Shown: in pieces, positions 17,872-27,368 of the stretch
How the letters are laid out: each line of letters opens with the position of its first letter
Numbering within the stretch: position 1 is the first letter of the stretch
IMG/VR virus record: IMGVR_UViG_3300049999_000147
Coordinates: 1-58,821 of that record
Strand: one strand, 5' to 3'
DNA: 58,821 bases
Source: a virus
Lineage: Duplodnaviria; Caudoviricetes
Program-made: the position numbers and the translations under genes
Notes under the pieces: generated by a model
Database searches by the model: none
The model's input: only the letters and a program-made list of their open reading frames with translations
Told to the model about the DNA's origin: nothing

Positions 17872-19332
17872 ATGGCATATACAATTACAACAACAGACGG
17901 CAGCTCTTTAGCATCCGTTGCAGACGGTACAACTAATACGTCCGCAACTAGTTTAACATTAATAGGAAAAAACTACGCAGGATATGGTATTTTCTTAAAT
18001 GACAACTACGTGAAATTATTAGAGAATTTTTCCAATACAACAGCACCAAGCACACCTTTAACAGGTCAACTTTGGTACGATAGCTCACTTAGAATATTAA
18101 AGGTCTATGGTGACAGTCAGTGGAAAGCAATATCAAGTGCAACAACAGGCACCGCGCAACCAGCATCTCCGGTTGTTGGTGATTTGTGGTGGGACACTTC
18201 AAATTCACAACTTAAGGTTTATAGTGGTAGTGCATGGGTAACAGTAGGACCGGCATTTACAGCAGCTTCAGGTACATCTGGTGCGATCGTAGAAAGCATT
18301 GCAGATTCTACACCAAGTAACCACGTTGTTATTAAACTTTACGTTTCAACAACAGTAGTAGGTATTGTTAGCAAAGATGCTGAATTTACTCCTGCTTCTG
18401 CTATACCTGGTTTCTCAACAATTAAACCGGGTATTAACTTAATTAGCTCTGCTACATTAACTAACGCACAATTTACAGGTGATGCAAGTAATGCAAATAC
18501 ATTAAACAGTTTATCAGCAAGTTCATTTTTACGTTCAGATCAAGACACAACTACAGCCTATAGCATAACAGCCAGTGGCGGTGTAACTGTAGGTTCGTTT
18601 TTAGATTTATCATCAACAGCTGGTTCGGCATCGTTAATTAACACAAACTTAGGTGATGAGTTAAATCTTATTGTTACTACTGGCGGCGGTGCTATTATTG
18701 GTCTTAGTGTTGATGGAGCAACAGGCGATATTTCAACAGCAACAGATTTAACAGTTGGTGTGGATTTAACTGTTTCTGGAACAAGTACATTATCAGGCAC
18801 AACCAATTTACAAGCATTAACAGTATTATCTAATAATTTAGAATCGGATGTTACTGACACAAACACAATTGGTACAAGTCTCAAGAAGTTTAACGAAATG
18901 CATGCCACTACTTTTTATGGTACAGCAGTAACAGCACAATACGCGGATTTGGCTGAACGCTTCGAAGCAGATGCAGAATACACCGCAGGTACCGTTGTTG
19001 CATTAGGCGGCATTAATGAAATTACAAAAGAACAAGATGAATTAAGTGATAACGTTTTTGGTGTTATTAGTGGTAAGGCAGCATACTTAATGAATGATGC
19101 TTATGATAAAACAGATGAAACACATCCAGCAGTCGCAATGAGCGGACGAGTTCCAGTTAATGTAATTGGTCCTGTTGCAAAAGGCGATCGTTTAGTAAGC
19201 GCAGGAAATGGTTTAGCACGAAGCGCAGGCAAAGGTGAAATTACAGCATTTAACGTTATTGGACGAGCCTTAGAAGATAAGCCTTTAGAATCAGAAGGTA
19301 TTGTCGAAGCTATCGTTAAGATAAATAGTTAA
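17872..19332 (+). CDS. Tail fibre protein with C-terminal peptidase-G2-like intramolecular chaperone domain
   Basis: N-terminus paralogous to 14629; C-terminal YADLAERF...GTVV...VAMSGRVPVNVIGPVAKGDRLVS. Confidence 0.75.
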   Translation: MAYTITTTDGSSLASVADGTTNTSATSLTLIGKNYAGYGIFLNDNYVKLLENFSNTTAPSTPLTGQLWYDSSLRILKVYGDSQWKAISSATTGTAQPASPVVGDLWWDTSNSQLKVYSGSAWVTVGPAFTAASGTSGAIVESIADSTPSNHVVIKLYVSTTVVGIVSKDAEFTPASAIPGFSTIKPGINLISSATLTNAQFTGDASNANTLNSLSASSFLRSDQDTTTAYSITASGGVTVGSFLDLSSTAGSASLINTNLGDELNLIVTTGGGAIIGLSVDGATGDISTATDLTVGVDLTVSGTSTLSGTTNLQALTVLSNNLESDVTDTNTIGTSLKKFNEMHATTFYGTAVTAQYADLAERFEADAEYTAGTVVALGGINEITKEQDELSDNVFGVISGKAAYLMNDAYDKTDETHPAVAMSGRVPVNVIGPVAKGDRLVSAGNGLARSAGKGEITAFNVIGRALEDKPLESEGIVEAIVKINS

Positions 19333-19362
19333 CATAGCATATAACTATTTAAGGAACTTACA

Positions 19363-20301
19363 ATGGCTTATTCATCAACCGGGTTAATAGAAGCAACAGA
19401 CTTTAACAATTTCGCGTGGGGTGGAACACAAGGCGTATATGCATCAAGCCCAAATAATATTGCGTGGGTTATGGGTACAGGTAATGCAGAAGCAGGTTAC
19501 GGACAAAGTGTAACATCATTAAACACAGTTTCGGTTTCTACAGATGTAACGGCTGTTCAGTGGTCGGGACTAGTCACTACATTAAATTTAGCCTTAGGTC
19601 ACCAAAGCGGAGCGAACGCACAAGTCTCACCGAGTCCTACAATAACAGCAGGTAACACCGTTACATACGAAGCCAACGTTAATACCAAAGTCACTACAAT
19701 TAATACTAATAAAGCATTGTCTAACGCAGACGGTACTACAACAAACGGCACATACGAGAATACATCTGTTACTCCAGGCGTTGGCGCATACGATGCTGTA
19801 ACGTCTACATTTACTGTAACTTTTACTTCGGATAACGAAATGCGTTACTTTTTTAACGCAGGCGGATACTTGCAATTCCAAATGACAACATCCGGTGGTA
19901 CCGATACTATTAGAGAAACAGAAATAGGTAATTTAGTTACGCAGACAGATTCTGTTAATCTAACTAATCTTACTACTGATATGGTCGGCGCAGGTACTGG
20001 CTTCACAATAACCGAAAATACCGGAACAGGATATAGAGACCTAACAACTTCTTATGCGATACTTACTAAATTGGTGTCGCTTGGTACCTACGCAGGAGAC
20101 TACTTGCAGGTTTCGGCAAAGATCGATACTAGCAGTACAACCAATGGATCTGTTTCGAAAGAGGTAACCTTTCAGGGATATTTATTTTCGGCGGCCGATG
20201 CATGGTCTGGTGTTACAATGACACTTAGTTCTCGGGTTAACATTGTTTATCCGTCTACAACATATCTTTCGGATACATGGGGAACTGGAGTAGTAACTTA
20301 G
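19363..20301 (+). CDS. Virion structural protein (Thr/Ser/Gly-rich)
   Basis: MAYSSTGLIEATDFN..., RYFFNAGG motif; last gene of the structural run; SD AAGGA. Confidence 0.6.
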   Translation: MAYSSTGLIEATDFNNFAWGGTQGVYASSPNNIAWVMGTGNAEAGYGQSVTSLNTVSVSTDVTAVQWSGLVTTLNLALGHQSGANAQVSPSPTITAGNTVTYEANVNTKVTTINTNKALSNADGTTTNGTYENTSVTPGVGAYDAVTSTFTVTFTSDNEMRYFFNAGGYLQFQMTTSGGTDTIRETEIGNLVTQTDSVNLTNLTTDMVGAGTGFTITENTGTGYRDLTTSYAILTKLVSLGTYAGDYLQVSAKIDTSSTTNGSVSKEVTFQGYLFSAADAWSGVTMTLSSRVNIVYPSTTYLSDTWGTGVVT

Positions 20302-20330
20302 TTGACTTTGTAATTAATATATAATATAAT
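20302..20330 (+). promoter_or_regulatory. Sigma70-type promoter TTGACT-N17-TATAAT
   Basis: TTGACT 20302-20307 and TATAAT 20325-20330, upstream of the modification cluster. Confidence 0.65.
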
Positions 20331-20363
20331 ATAGGTAAGTTTTAAAAGCTTACCTATTTTTTT
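20331..20363 (+). terminator. Rho-independent terminator ending the structural operon
   Basis: ATAGGTAAGT-tttaaaa-GCTTACCTAT hairpin followed by a T run. Confidence 0.75.
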
Positions 20364-20383
20364 GATTAAATATATTATACACT

Positions 20384-20704
20384 ATGGATGCAGTTAGACA
20401 AGCTACTAAAGAATTATTTAGACGATATATCGAGGCAATGGACCACGAAGTGTTTAAGGTTCCAGACGAACGCATCGTTGCATTGTGTGAGCAGGCAATT
20501 AAGAATATTGAAGTTTACCCTATAGACAAACTTAGTAGATGGCTCGGTTTTGTGCAAGGTGTATTGTATAAAGAAAATATAATTGATGTGGATATTGAAC
20601 GAGATTTTAGTAGACCCTTATTCCACGATGCATACATGAGGGAAAACCTCGGGATACCAGAAACATATGACTACAAAGCCAACAGATCTAGTAAAAAAGA
20701 TTAA
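20384..20704 (+). CDS. Hypothetical phage protein
   Basis: 106-aa ORF containing DKLSRWLGFVQGVL. Confidence 0.55.
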   Translation: MDAVRQATKELFRRYIEAMDHEVFKVPDERIVALCEQAIKNIEVYPIDKLSRWLGFVQGVLYKENIIDVDIERDFSRPLFHDAYMRENLGIPETYDYKANRSSKKD

Positions 20705-20984
20705 ACAAGCAACTGACTACCAAACGAACAAGCAGATATTGCGTGAGAAGATTAACGCCGATTTGCATATAACGTTTAACGGTGGCATGTTTAAAGCCGA
20801 CAGAACCTTAATAGCATTTCTTTCTTCGTTAACACGTGATGAAGTGATAATAGAGGACATCTACGAAAACCCTATAAAAGTTGACCGCAAGCGCCTTTTG
20901 ATGTTAACAAAAGAACATTACCAGCTAGTAATGAACAGATGGTTGATCGAACACGCAGAGATACAACGTGCTAGAAAATTATGA
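20667..20984 (+). CDS. Hypothetical protein
   Basis: 105-aa ORF overlapping both neighbours. Confidence 0.6.
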   Translation: MTTKPTDLVKKIKQATDYQTNKQILREKINADLHITFNGGMFKADRTLIAFLSSLTRDEVIIEDIYENPIKVDRKRLLMLTKEHYQLVMNRWLIEHAEIQRARKL

Positions 20985-21807
20985 TCTTTCTAGGTATGGG
21001 GCAATACTATTTGCATTTAATACTAAAGAAGTAAATTACTTCAGCATCGCGGAAAATGCCGCACGTCTAATTAAGAAACACCTACACATGCCGGTAACAC
21101 TTGTTACCGACAGTACCTTTGATTTACTTAAAGTAAATAATAGATTGTTTGACGAAGTTAAGTATGTCAACAACGAATATAATAATATTAGACTAGGGTA
21201 CGGTAACGGCACCCAATGGCGTAACGGTGCAAGACATAAAGCGTACGAGTTATCTCATTATGAATATACATTATTATTAGACACAGACCTTTTAGTGTTA
21301 GATAATAATTTGTTAAAGCTATATTGGGCAGTAGACGATTATAAAATATTTTACGATAACAATGCAATACAACAGCCCGAAGCAACAAACATGGGTGTCA
21401 CTAGTTTACCGTATGTTTGGGCAACAGGTATTGTATTTAAAAAATGCGAAACGAGTAAAATGCTATTTGATTTAGTAGGAAAAATACAACGTAACTATCC
21501 TTATTACCGCGGTCTGTATAACATTAAAGAACCTAACTTTAGAAACGACTATGCGTTTGCTATTGCAAATTACATGCTAAACGGATATAGTGTTAACGAT
21601 AAAAACAGCATACCCTGGCCTCTTACAACGTTTAATGGAAAGGTAACTGACATAGAATTAAAAGAACACGAACAGCAAGTAATAGTACGTACCGACGACA
21701 AAGCATATTTAATGCCGAAACAAAACATGCACGTTATGGATAAAGATTACTTGCAAAGCGAAAGCTATCAAACATTAGTGGACACCTTATGTCAATCGGA
21801 TTCCTAA
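20968..21807 (+). CDS. Glycosyltransferase, GT-A fold (GT8-like)
   Basis: LSHYEYTLLLDTDLLV (DxD), WATGIVF, FRNDYAFAIA. Confidence 0.7.
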   Translation: MLENYDLSRYGAILFAFNTKEVNYFSIAENAARLIKKHLHMPVTLVTDSTFDLLKVNNRLFDEVKYVNNEYNNIRLGYGNGTQWRNGARHKAYELSHYEYTLLLDTDLLVLDNNLLKLYWAVDDYKIFYDNNAIQQPEATNMGVTSLPYVWATGIVFKKCETSKMLFDLVGKIQRNYPYYRGLYNIKEPNFRNDYAFAIANYMLNGYSVNDKNSIPWPLTTFNGKVTDIELKEHEQQVIVRTDDKAYLMPKQNMHVMDKDYLQSESYQTLVDTLCQSDS

Positions 21808-22628
21808 CAATAGCACAAAATACACCAGACGTTGATTACTTACGCATGGCGTATGTACAAGCAATGAGTATCAAGCTTACAATGCCTACGATGTCTTATG
21901 CTGTAATAGTAGACGAGGAAACCGCTAAAGAAGTAGACAAACTCCCTAACAAAGTATTTGATCATGTAATTACATTGCCGCATGATAGAGCTAAAGACGA
22001 TGACTGGAAGTTAGCAAACGAACCACAGGTATTTGCATTAACTCCGTTCAAAGAAACTATTAAAGTAGAAAGTGATATCCTGTTTACACGTAGCATTGAG
22101 CACTGGATACACTTGTTTAGAAAGCGTGATGTAGTTATGTCTACAGGTTGTAAAAACTTTATGCAGGTGCCAGCTACTAGTCGCAAGTATAGAACATTGT
22201 TTGATGACAACGATCTACCGGATGTGTACACAGGGTTAATGTATTTTAGGTTTAGTAGGACAGCAGAGCAATTCTTTAAAACAGCTGGCGACATATTTTT
22301 CCATTGGGATACAGTACATAAACAATTACTAAGGTGCTCGGATATAAAACCAACAACTGATGTGGTGTATGCATTAGCATCAAAAATAATTGGCGTGGAG
22401 CATACAACTATACCAACAGCAGACCATATTAATTTTGTACATATGAAAACTGCTATCAATAATTGGTATAATAATGATTGGCAAGACCAAGTTAACACAG
22501 AATTAGATTTGCCAATGATAAGAATTAACAATGTAAATCAATACCATCCCCTTCATTACCAAAGTAAGGAATGGTTAACAGACGATATAGTAAAAACATA
22601 TGAGCAATACCTTAACAGCAGCGATTAA
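21789..22628 (+). CDS. Glycosyltransferase, GT-A fold (paralog of 20968)
   Basis: LTPFKETIKVESDILF (ExD variant), YTGLMYF, TTDVVYALA, FVHMK, HY..K. Confidence 0.65.
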   Translation: MSIGFLTIAQNTPDVDYLRMAYVQAMSIKLTMPTMSYAVIVDEETAKEVDKLPNKVFDHVITLPHDRAKDDDWKLANEPQVFALTPFKETIKVESDILFTRSIEHWIHLFRKRDVVMSTGCKNFMQVPATSRKYRTLFDDNDLPDVYTGLMYFRFSRTAEQFFKTAGDIFFHWDTVHKQLLRCSDIKPTTDVVYALASKIIGVEHTTIPTADHINFVHMKTAINNWYNNDWQDQVNTELDLPMIRINNVNQYHPLHYQSKEWLTDDIVKTYEQYLNSSD

Positions 22629-22950
22629 CGCAATAAAACCCTTTGTGGAGGAAACGCCAGAATACCGTTGGTACTATAACGAATACGGTGACATAACCAC
22701 ATGTAGTATGCAAAACCATTCTGAAGATAAAGACTATATTGTGGTTGACAAAGCCCTGTATAAAAGTAATAATAAGTATTACGTTTTGAATGGCGAGCCC
22801 AAAACGATACCACTTCCGACCGCTGTTGTGTTAAGCCGTTTGATTAAGAGCGATAAGGGTTTCCCTGTTGTAAAAGGACACGCTAGTATATTGATAGAAG
22901 AAAATGAAACATATAAGGACATAGAATATTATGACAACAGAGATAGTTGA
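22600..22950 (+). CDS. Hypothetical protein
   Basis: 116-aa ORF overlapping both neighbours. Confidence 0.55.
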   Translation: MSNTLTAAINAIKPFVEETPEYRWYYNEYGDITTCSMQNHSEDKDYIVVDKALYKSNNKYYVLNGEPKTIPLPTAVVLSRLIKSDKGFPVVKGHASILIEENETYKDIEYYDNRDS

Positions 22951-23827
22951 TATAGCTGATCTTGATGTTATTTTTCTCACGTACAAAGAACCCAATGCTG
23001 AAATAAATTGGATTAAGGTTAAGAATATGGTACCGTGGGCAGTTCGTGTTGACGGCGTTAAAGGTAGCGATGCCGCACATAAAGCCGCTGCCGCAGCAAG
23101 TAATACAGAACGTTTTATTTTAATAGATGGCGACAATGTGCCCGACGAGGAATTCTTTGGTGAATCACTTGTATTAACAGATCAAAACAAAGACAACGTA
23201 TTTCGTTGGAAAGCACGTAACTCTATAAATGGTTTGCAGTATGGCAACGGTGGTATTAGTTGTTGGACAAAAGAATTTATAAACAATATGCAAACACACG
23301 AAGCAAGTGATGGATCTGCAAAGACCGCTGTTGAGTTTTGTTTTCATCCTGACTATTGGGCAATGCATGATTGTTACAGTACAACTTATATAGGTGAAAC
23401 AACAGAACAAGCATGGCAAGCAGGATTCCGCGAAGGTGTTAAAATGTGTTTAGATCAGGGTGTTAAGCCAACGTTAGAAGAATTTGTACAACGTGTACAT
23501 GAACGCAATTATGAACATTTAAGTATATGGCATAACATTGGTGCAGACATAACGCATGGGTTCTGGGCAATATTAGGTGCTAGGTACGGCACGTATATGA
23601 CTATGCTAACAGAATGGGATTATACCGAAGTACAGGATTTTGATAAACTAGAAGTGCTATGGAATGAATATTATCCTTCTAATGAGGAACTAGATATAAT
23701 AGTAGACAACTCGTTATCATCCCGCTTAGGACTAGCAATTTTAGATTATGACGACGATGATAGCTATTTCTTTAAGCGTCATTATAAAAGTAATTTTATG
23801 AACATAGGAGTAATGTTTCGTGAGTAA
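22931..23827 (+). CDS. Putative glycosyltransferase-like protein (GT-A)
   Basis: DVIFLTYKEPNAE...GVKGSDAAHKAAA...FILIDGDN (DxD); paralogous to the C-terminal half of 39741. Confidence 0.55.
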   Translation: MTTEIVDIADLDVIFLTYKEPNAEINWIKVKNMVPWAVRVDGVKGSDAAHKAAAAASNTERFILIDGDNVPDEEFFGESLVLTDQNKDNVFRWKARNSINGLQYGNGGISCWTKEFINNMQTHEASDGSAKTAVEFCFHPDYWAMHDCYSTTYIGETTEQAWQAGFREGVKMCLDQGVKPTLEEFVQRVHERNYEHLSIWHNIGADITHGFWAILGARYGTYMTMLTEWDYTEVQDFDKLEVLWNEYYPSNEELDIIVDNSLSSRLGLAILDYDDDDSYFFKRHYKSNFMNIGVMFRE

Positions 23828-24440
23828 TATAGATATGAATAGACCATGGCATAAATTAAACATAGATATTAGTAAGGCAATAAAAGATGAGTCTGCTATA
23901 TATGCATTAAAAGGTAATTTATCAATGGATAGATGGAGTTTTAATAAACAGGCCTTAACAGATATATTTAACGAAGAATGGATATCGTACATGGCTTCGC
24001 TGGGATTGAATTTAGATGGAGCATGTATTTTTTACCGAGATGTCAGTCATGCAGTAGATCCTGCTGCTCACACTGATTTATATAACAAATACAAAAATAG
24101 TAAACCAGTGTTTGCAATTAATTGGATGTTAGGCAACAACGATAGCGAAATGGTATGGTATGATGCAGAGAAAGTCGGTGAAGGAGTATTGACCTACGAT
24201 GAAAGAAAAAATGACACATTTATAGAACACGCCGATGTCGAAAATATAGATGATTTAGAAATTAGTCGATGTTGTATACAAAACAAACCTGTTATGCTAT
24301 CAATTTGCATACCGCATAATATTGCAATGGGAACACGCACACGCTGGTGTATTTCAGTTAGGTCTGTATACGATAAAAAGATACAAACCTGGAATGATGC
24401 TGTTGAACATTATAAGGAATTAATAGATGATACTAAATAA
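23820..24440 (+). CDS. Putative 2OG-Fe(II)/cupin-fold oxygenase
   Basis: AHTD (HxD), FAINW, PHNI, RWCISVR. Confidence 0.55.
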   Translation: MSNIDMNRPWHKLNIDISKAIKDESAIYALKGNLSMDRWSFNKQALTDIFNEEWISYMASLGLNLDGACIFYRDVSHAVDPAAHTDLYNKYKNSKPVFAINWMLGNNDSEMVWYDAEKVGEGVLTYDERKNDTFIEHADVENIDDLEISRCCIQNKPVMLSICIPHNIAMGTRTRWCISVRSVYDKKIQTWNDAVEHYKELIDDTK

Positions 24441-25050
24441 CCCATGGCATAAATTAAATATTGATATTAGCAATGCAATACGAAAGGATTTTGATTATAA
24501 TAAATTAAGAGAAGAATCTTTTTTTAAGGATGCGCCAGCCGCACTTTATCGATTTATAGACTATTCAGAAAATACACACGAATTTTTTAATAAAGAATGG
24601 CTAGAATATATGAGAGCACAAGGAATCCCTGTGATAGGGGGAGTATTATTTTATCGCAGGGCAGGTTATTTGGATTATCCACATATTGATTTGTCGTACA
24701 ATAAAACCCCAGGCGAATTTGCGCTAAACTGGGTAATCACTGATAATGATGATAGTAAAATGACTTGGTACAACGCAGAAAATTTAGCACCTTACGGCAA
24801 GGATATTCAATACAATAATGATCCCTCAGGAAATTGGGCAAATTTAACACGATTCACAATTGATAACTATAAACAATACGAAACTCATGAATGTACACTT
24901 GGTAAAACACTTACCCTTGTTGATGTTGCTACTCCTCATAATATAGTAATGGGGCTTAACGATAGGTGGTGTATTTCGGTTCGTTGTAATCTCAGAGTTG
25001 TGAGTAATTGGCAAGACACAGTTAACTATTTTGAAAAATTTATATTATGA
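24427..25050 (+). CDS. Putative 2OG-Fe(II)/cupin-fold oxygenase, tandem paralog of 23820
   Basis: Shares PWHKLNIDIS; has PHID, FALNW, PHNI, RWCISVR. Confidence 0.55.
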   Translation: MILNNPWHKLNIDISNAIRKDFDYNKLREESFFKDAPAALYRFIDYSENTHEFFNKEWLEYMRAQGIPVIGGVLFYRRAGYLDYPHIDLSYNKTPGEFALNWVITDNDDSKMTWYNAENLAPYGKDIQYNNDPSGNWANLTRFTIDNYKQYETHECTLGKTLTLVDVATPHNIVMGLNDRWCISVRCNLRVVSNWQDTVNYFEKFIL

Positions 25051-25697
25051 TATTAAGCAGAACTACAAAACCTGTTAGGGTAATTGGATTTAAAGAATCT
25101 ACAATGACACAAGAAGGCGTGTTCTGGTTAAGGCTAGAATGGAAAGGCACCGTTGAAATAATCAATCCAAACGATTTCTTAGAGTCAACTAACAAAGAAG
25201 ATTATCGTTATATGGTTTTCTTTACATTAGAAACTGAACTTCGAAAAGAAGTTATTAATGTAGTAAATGATTTAGATTTAGATTGCGTGACATTTATACA
25301 AGAAACTGCTATAGTATATAAAGATTTAAGTACCTTACAGTACGATGATGCTATTAAAATTGTTGGTAAAGGAAGTGTAGTGCATGCACATTCAATTGTT
25401 GCACTAAATTCTAAAATCGGAAATTATTGCATAGTAGAAGCATACTGTTTAGTATCACATTATGTTGAGTTAGGTGATAATGTAATATTACATTCTGGTA
25501 CAATGATAGCCGGAAAAACAAAAATTGGCGCAGGATCGGTATTTAATTTTAGATCGTCGGCACTTAATAATCTTTCAATTTGTAACGATGTTGAAATTGG
25601 TGCAATAAGTAATGTAACAAAAGATATAACAAAGCCCGGAAGATACATTGGTAGTATTGCTCGTTATGCAGGAGATGTAATACAAGCAGATGTATAA
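25047..25697 (+). CDS. Hexapeptide-repeat sugar acetyltransferase (PglD/NeuD-like)
   Basis: Left-handed beta-helix repeats: VGKGSVV, IGNYCIV, SHYVELGDNVIL, IGAGSVF, IGAISNVTKDI. Confidence 0.8.
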   Translation: MILSRTTKPVRVIGFKESTMTQEGVFWLRLEWKGTVEIINPNDFLESTNKEDYRYMVFFTLETELRKEVINVVNDLDLDCVTFIQETAIVYKDLSTLQYDDAIKIVGKGSVVHAHSIVALNSKIGNYCIVEAYCLVSHYVELGDNVILHSGTMIAGKTKIGAGSVFNFRSSALNNLSICNDVEIGAISNVTKDITKPGRYIGSIARYAGDVIQADV

Positions 25698-26364
25698 AAC
25701 TTGGCCAATAAAAAAAAATCAAAAGTTAAGACCTGAACTATTGGCATTGCAGAATGCCGGTTACTCATGGAATAATCCAGACGAAATTATCGCAATGTTT
25801 GAAGAAAAAGTTGCTACATTTGCTGGTAGTAAATATGCGGTCGCAGTCGACAGTTGCTCGCACGGTATTTTTTTGTCACTGAAATACTTCAAAAAAACCC
25901 GTACTGTTACTATACCTTCGCACACCTATATATCAGTTCCGATGCAGATAATACATGCTGGTTGCAATGTGCAGTTCGAAGATGTAGACTGGAGCGGAGT
26001 GTATCAACTTAAACCGTATCCAATTTTTGATGGAGCAGTACGTTGGAAAAAAGATATGTATAGTGGTGGCCTACATGTATTATCATTTCAAATGAAGAAG
26101 CGAATTCCAATCGGTAAAGGCGGCATGATATTAACTGATGATGAAGATACAGCTAAGTGGCTTAAAGCAGCAAGTCACGACGGTAGAACGCCAGGTGTCT
26201 GTTACAACAAAGATACCTTTACTACCTTGGGCTGGCATTATAATATGACACCCGAGGATGCTGCGAGAGGAATAGTGTTAATGGACAAAACACAAGACAT
26301 AACTGATGATTTCGCAGACCGAAGTTCTTATACTGATTTGTCTAAGCTGGATATATTTAAATAA
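25690..26364 (+). CDS. DegT/DnrJ/EryC1/StrS-family aminotransferase (short form)
   Basis: FEEKVATFAGSKYAVAVDSCS, IPSHTYISV, DGA, SFQMKKRIPIGKGGMILT, GWHYNM. Confidence 0.85.
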   Translation: MYKTWPIKKNQKLRPELLALQNAGYSWNNPDEIIAMFEEKVATFAGSKYAVAVDSCSHGIFLSLKYFKKTRTVTIPSHTYISVPMQIIHAGCNVQFEDVDWSGVYQLKPYPIFDGAVRWKKDMYSGGLHVLSFQMKKRIPIGKGGMILTDDEDTAKWLKAASHDGRTPGVCYNKDTFTTLGWHYNMTPEDAARGIVLMDKTQDITDDFADRSSYTDLSKLDIFK

Positions 26365-27368
26365 TGACAAAAATAAATATTCAACCTCATTTAGGCCAAC
26401 GCGAGATGTACAACGTAGGAATACTATGTTCTAAAATTATCCAGAGTATGGAAGAAACTGGTAAAGCATATCTTTACTCCTTAGAGTCTTGTGATAATTA
26501 TCATACCGGACTCTATGATTTACTTGATCAGTTATGCAGATATTGGAATTGGGATAAAAAGAATATAACAATAGATCAATGCAACCCATTTACACAACAC
26601 CCAGAGTATAATTTACTTTTGAGTTATTCAACGCAGAATATAGTCCTTGCCTGGATGGACCTTAATAAACAAGAAATAAAATCGTGGAACAAAGAAAAAT
26701 ATTACGGAATGTTTATTGGCAGAGCAGATGCTTCTCGAATAAGAGCTCTTTATAACCATAACTTGTTTGAATTTAAAGAGAAAGGATTAACATCATTCAA
26801 TGATGATTTATTTAACTATATGTGTTTACCAGAACTTTTTAATTACCTATCTGATTCGAAGCAAACGTATACAGAAATGTTAACAATGAAAACTCCGTAT
26901 AGTGATATCGATACAGTAATGGCTCCTCCTATAACCCCACCGTATAATACAGATGCTAAAATTTGGTCCAGAGTATACGAACGTATAGGTATAGAAATTA
27001 TTTGCGAAACTAATTTAATAGAATCAAATTTTGATGCAACAGAAAAATTATTTAGACCGATGTATTACAAGAAACCGTTTTTAGTAATTAGTGCACCGGA
27101 CTTTCTTCCAGTAGCTAGAAAAATATACGGTATTAAAACATTTTCTGATATATTTCCGGAAACATATGACGAGCTTGGCGGGAGCCTGCGTGTCGATGAA
27201 GTATTTAATGTTCTTAAAGGAATAATAACATCAGGATTAATACATGAGTTAGAAGAAAAGTGTAAAGAAATAACAGAACATAATTATAATATTGTTCTTG
27301 ACATGATGCAAAAAGATTTTGTACCAAAAAATATAGAAGATTATGCAAGAGAAAAAAATAAAAGATAA
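26364..27368 (+). CDS. Putative glycosyltransferase (GT-B-like C-terminus)
   Basis: EIICET...ATEKLFRPMYYKKPFLV...G.KTF...ETYD...EHNY, similar to GT10-like nucleotide-sugar binding motifs. Confidence 0.45.
   Translation: MTKINIQPHLGQREMYNVGILCSKIIQSMEETGKAYLYSLESCDNYHTGLYDLLDQLCRYWNWDKKNITIDQCNPFTQHPEYNLLLSYSTQNIVLAWMDLNKQEIKSWNKEKYYGMFIGRADASRIRALYNHNLFEFKEKGLTSFNDDLFNYMCLPELFNYLSDSKQTYTEMLTMKTPYSDIDTVMAPPITPPYNTDAKIWSRVYERIGIEIICETNLIESNFDATEKLFRPMYYKKPFLVISAPDFLPVARKIYGIKTFSDIFPETYDELGGSLRVDEVFNVLKGIITSGLIHELEEKCKEITEHNYNIVLDMMQKDFVPKNIEDYAREKNKR

Noticed and set aside
2163-19881. Numerous minus-strand ORFs inside the structural genes
   Set aside because: They are antisense shadows of long, codon-biased genes, with no motifs or ribosome-binding sites.
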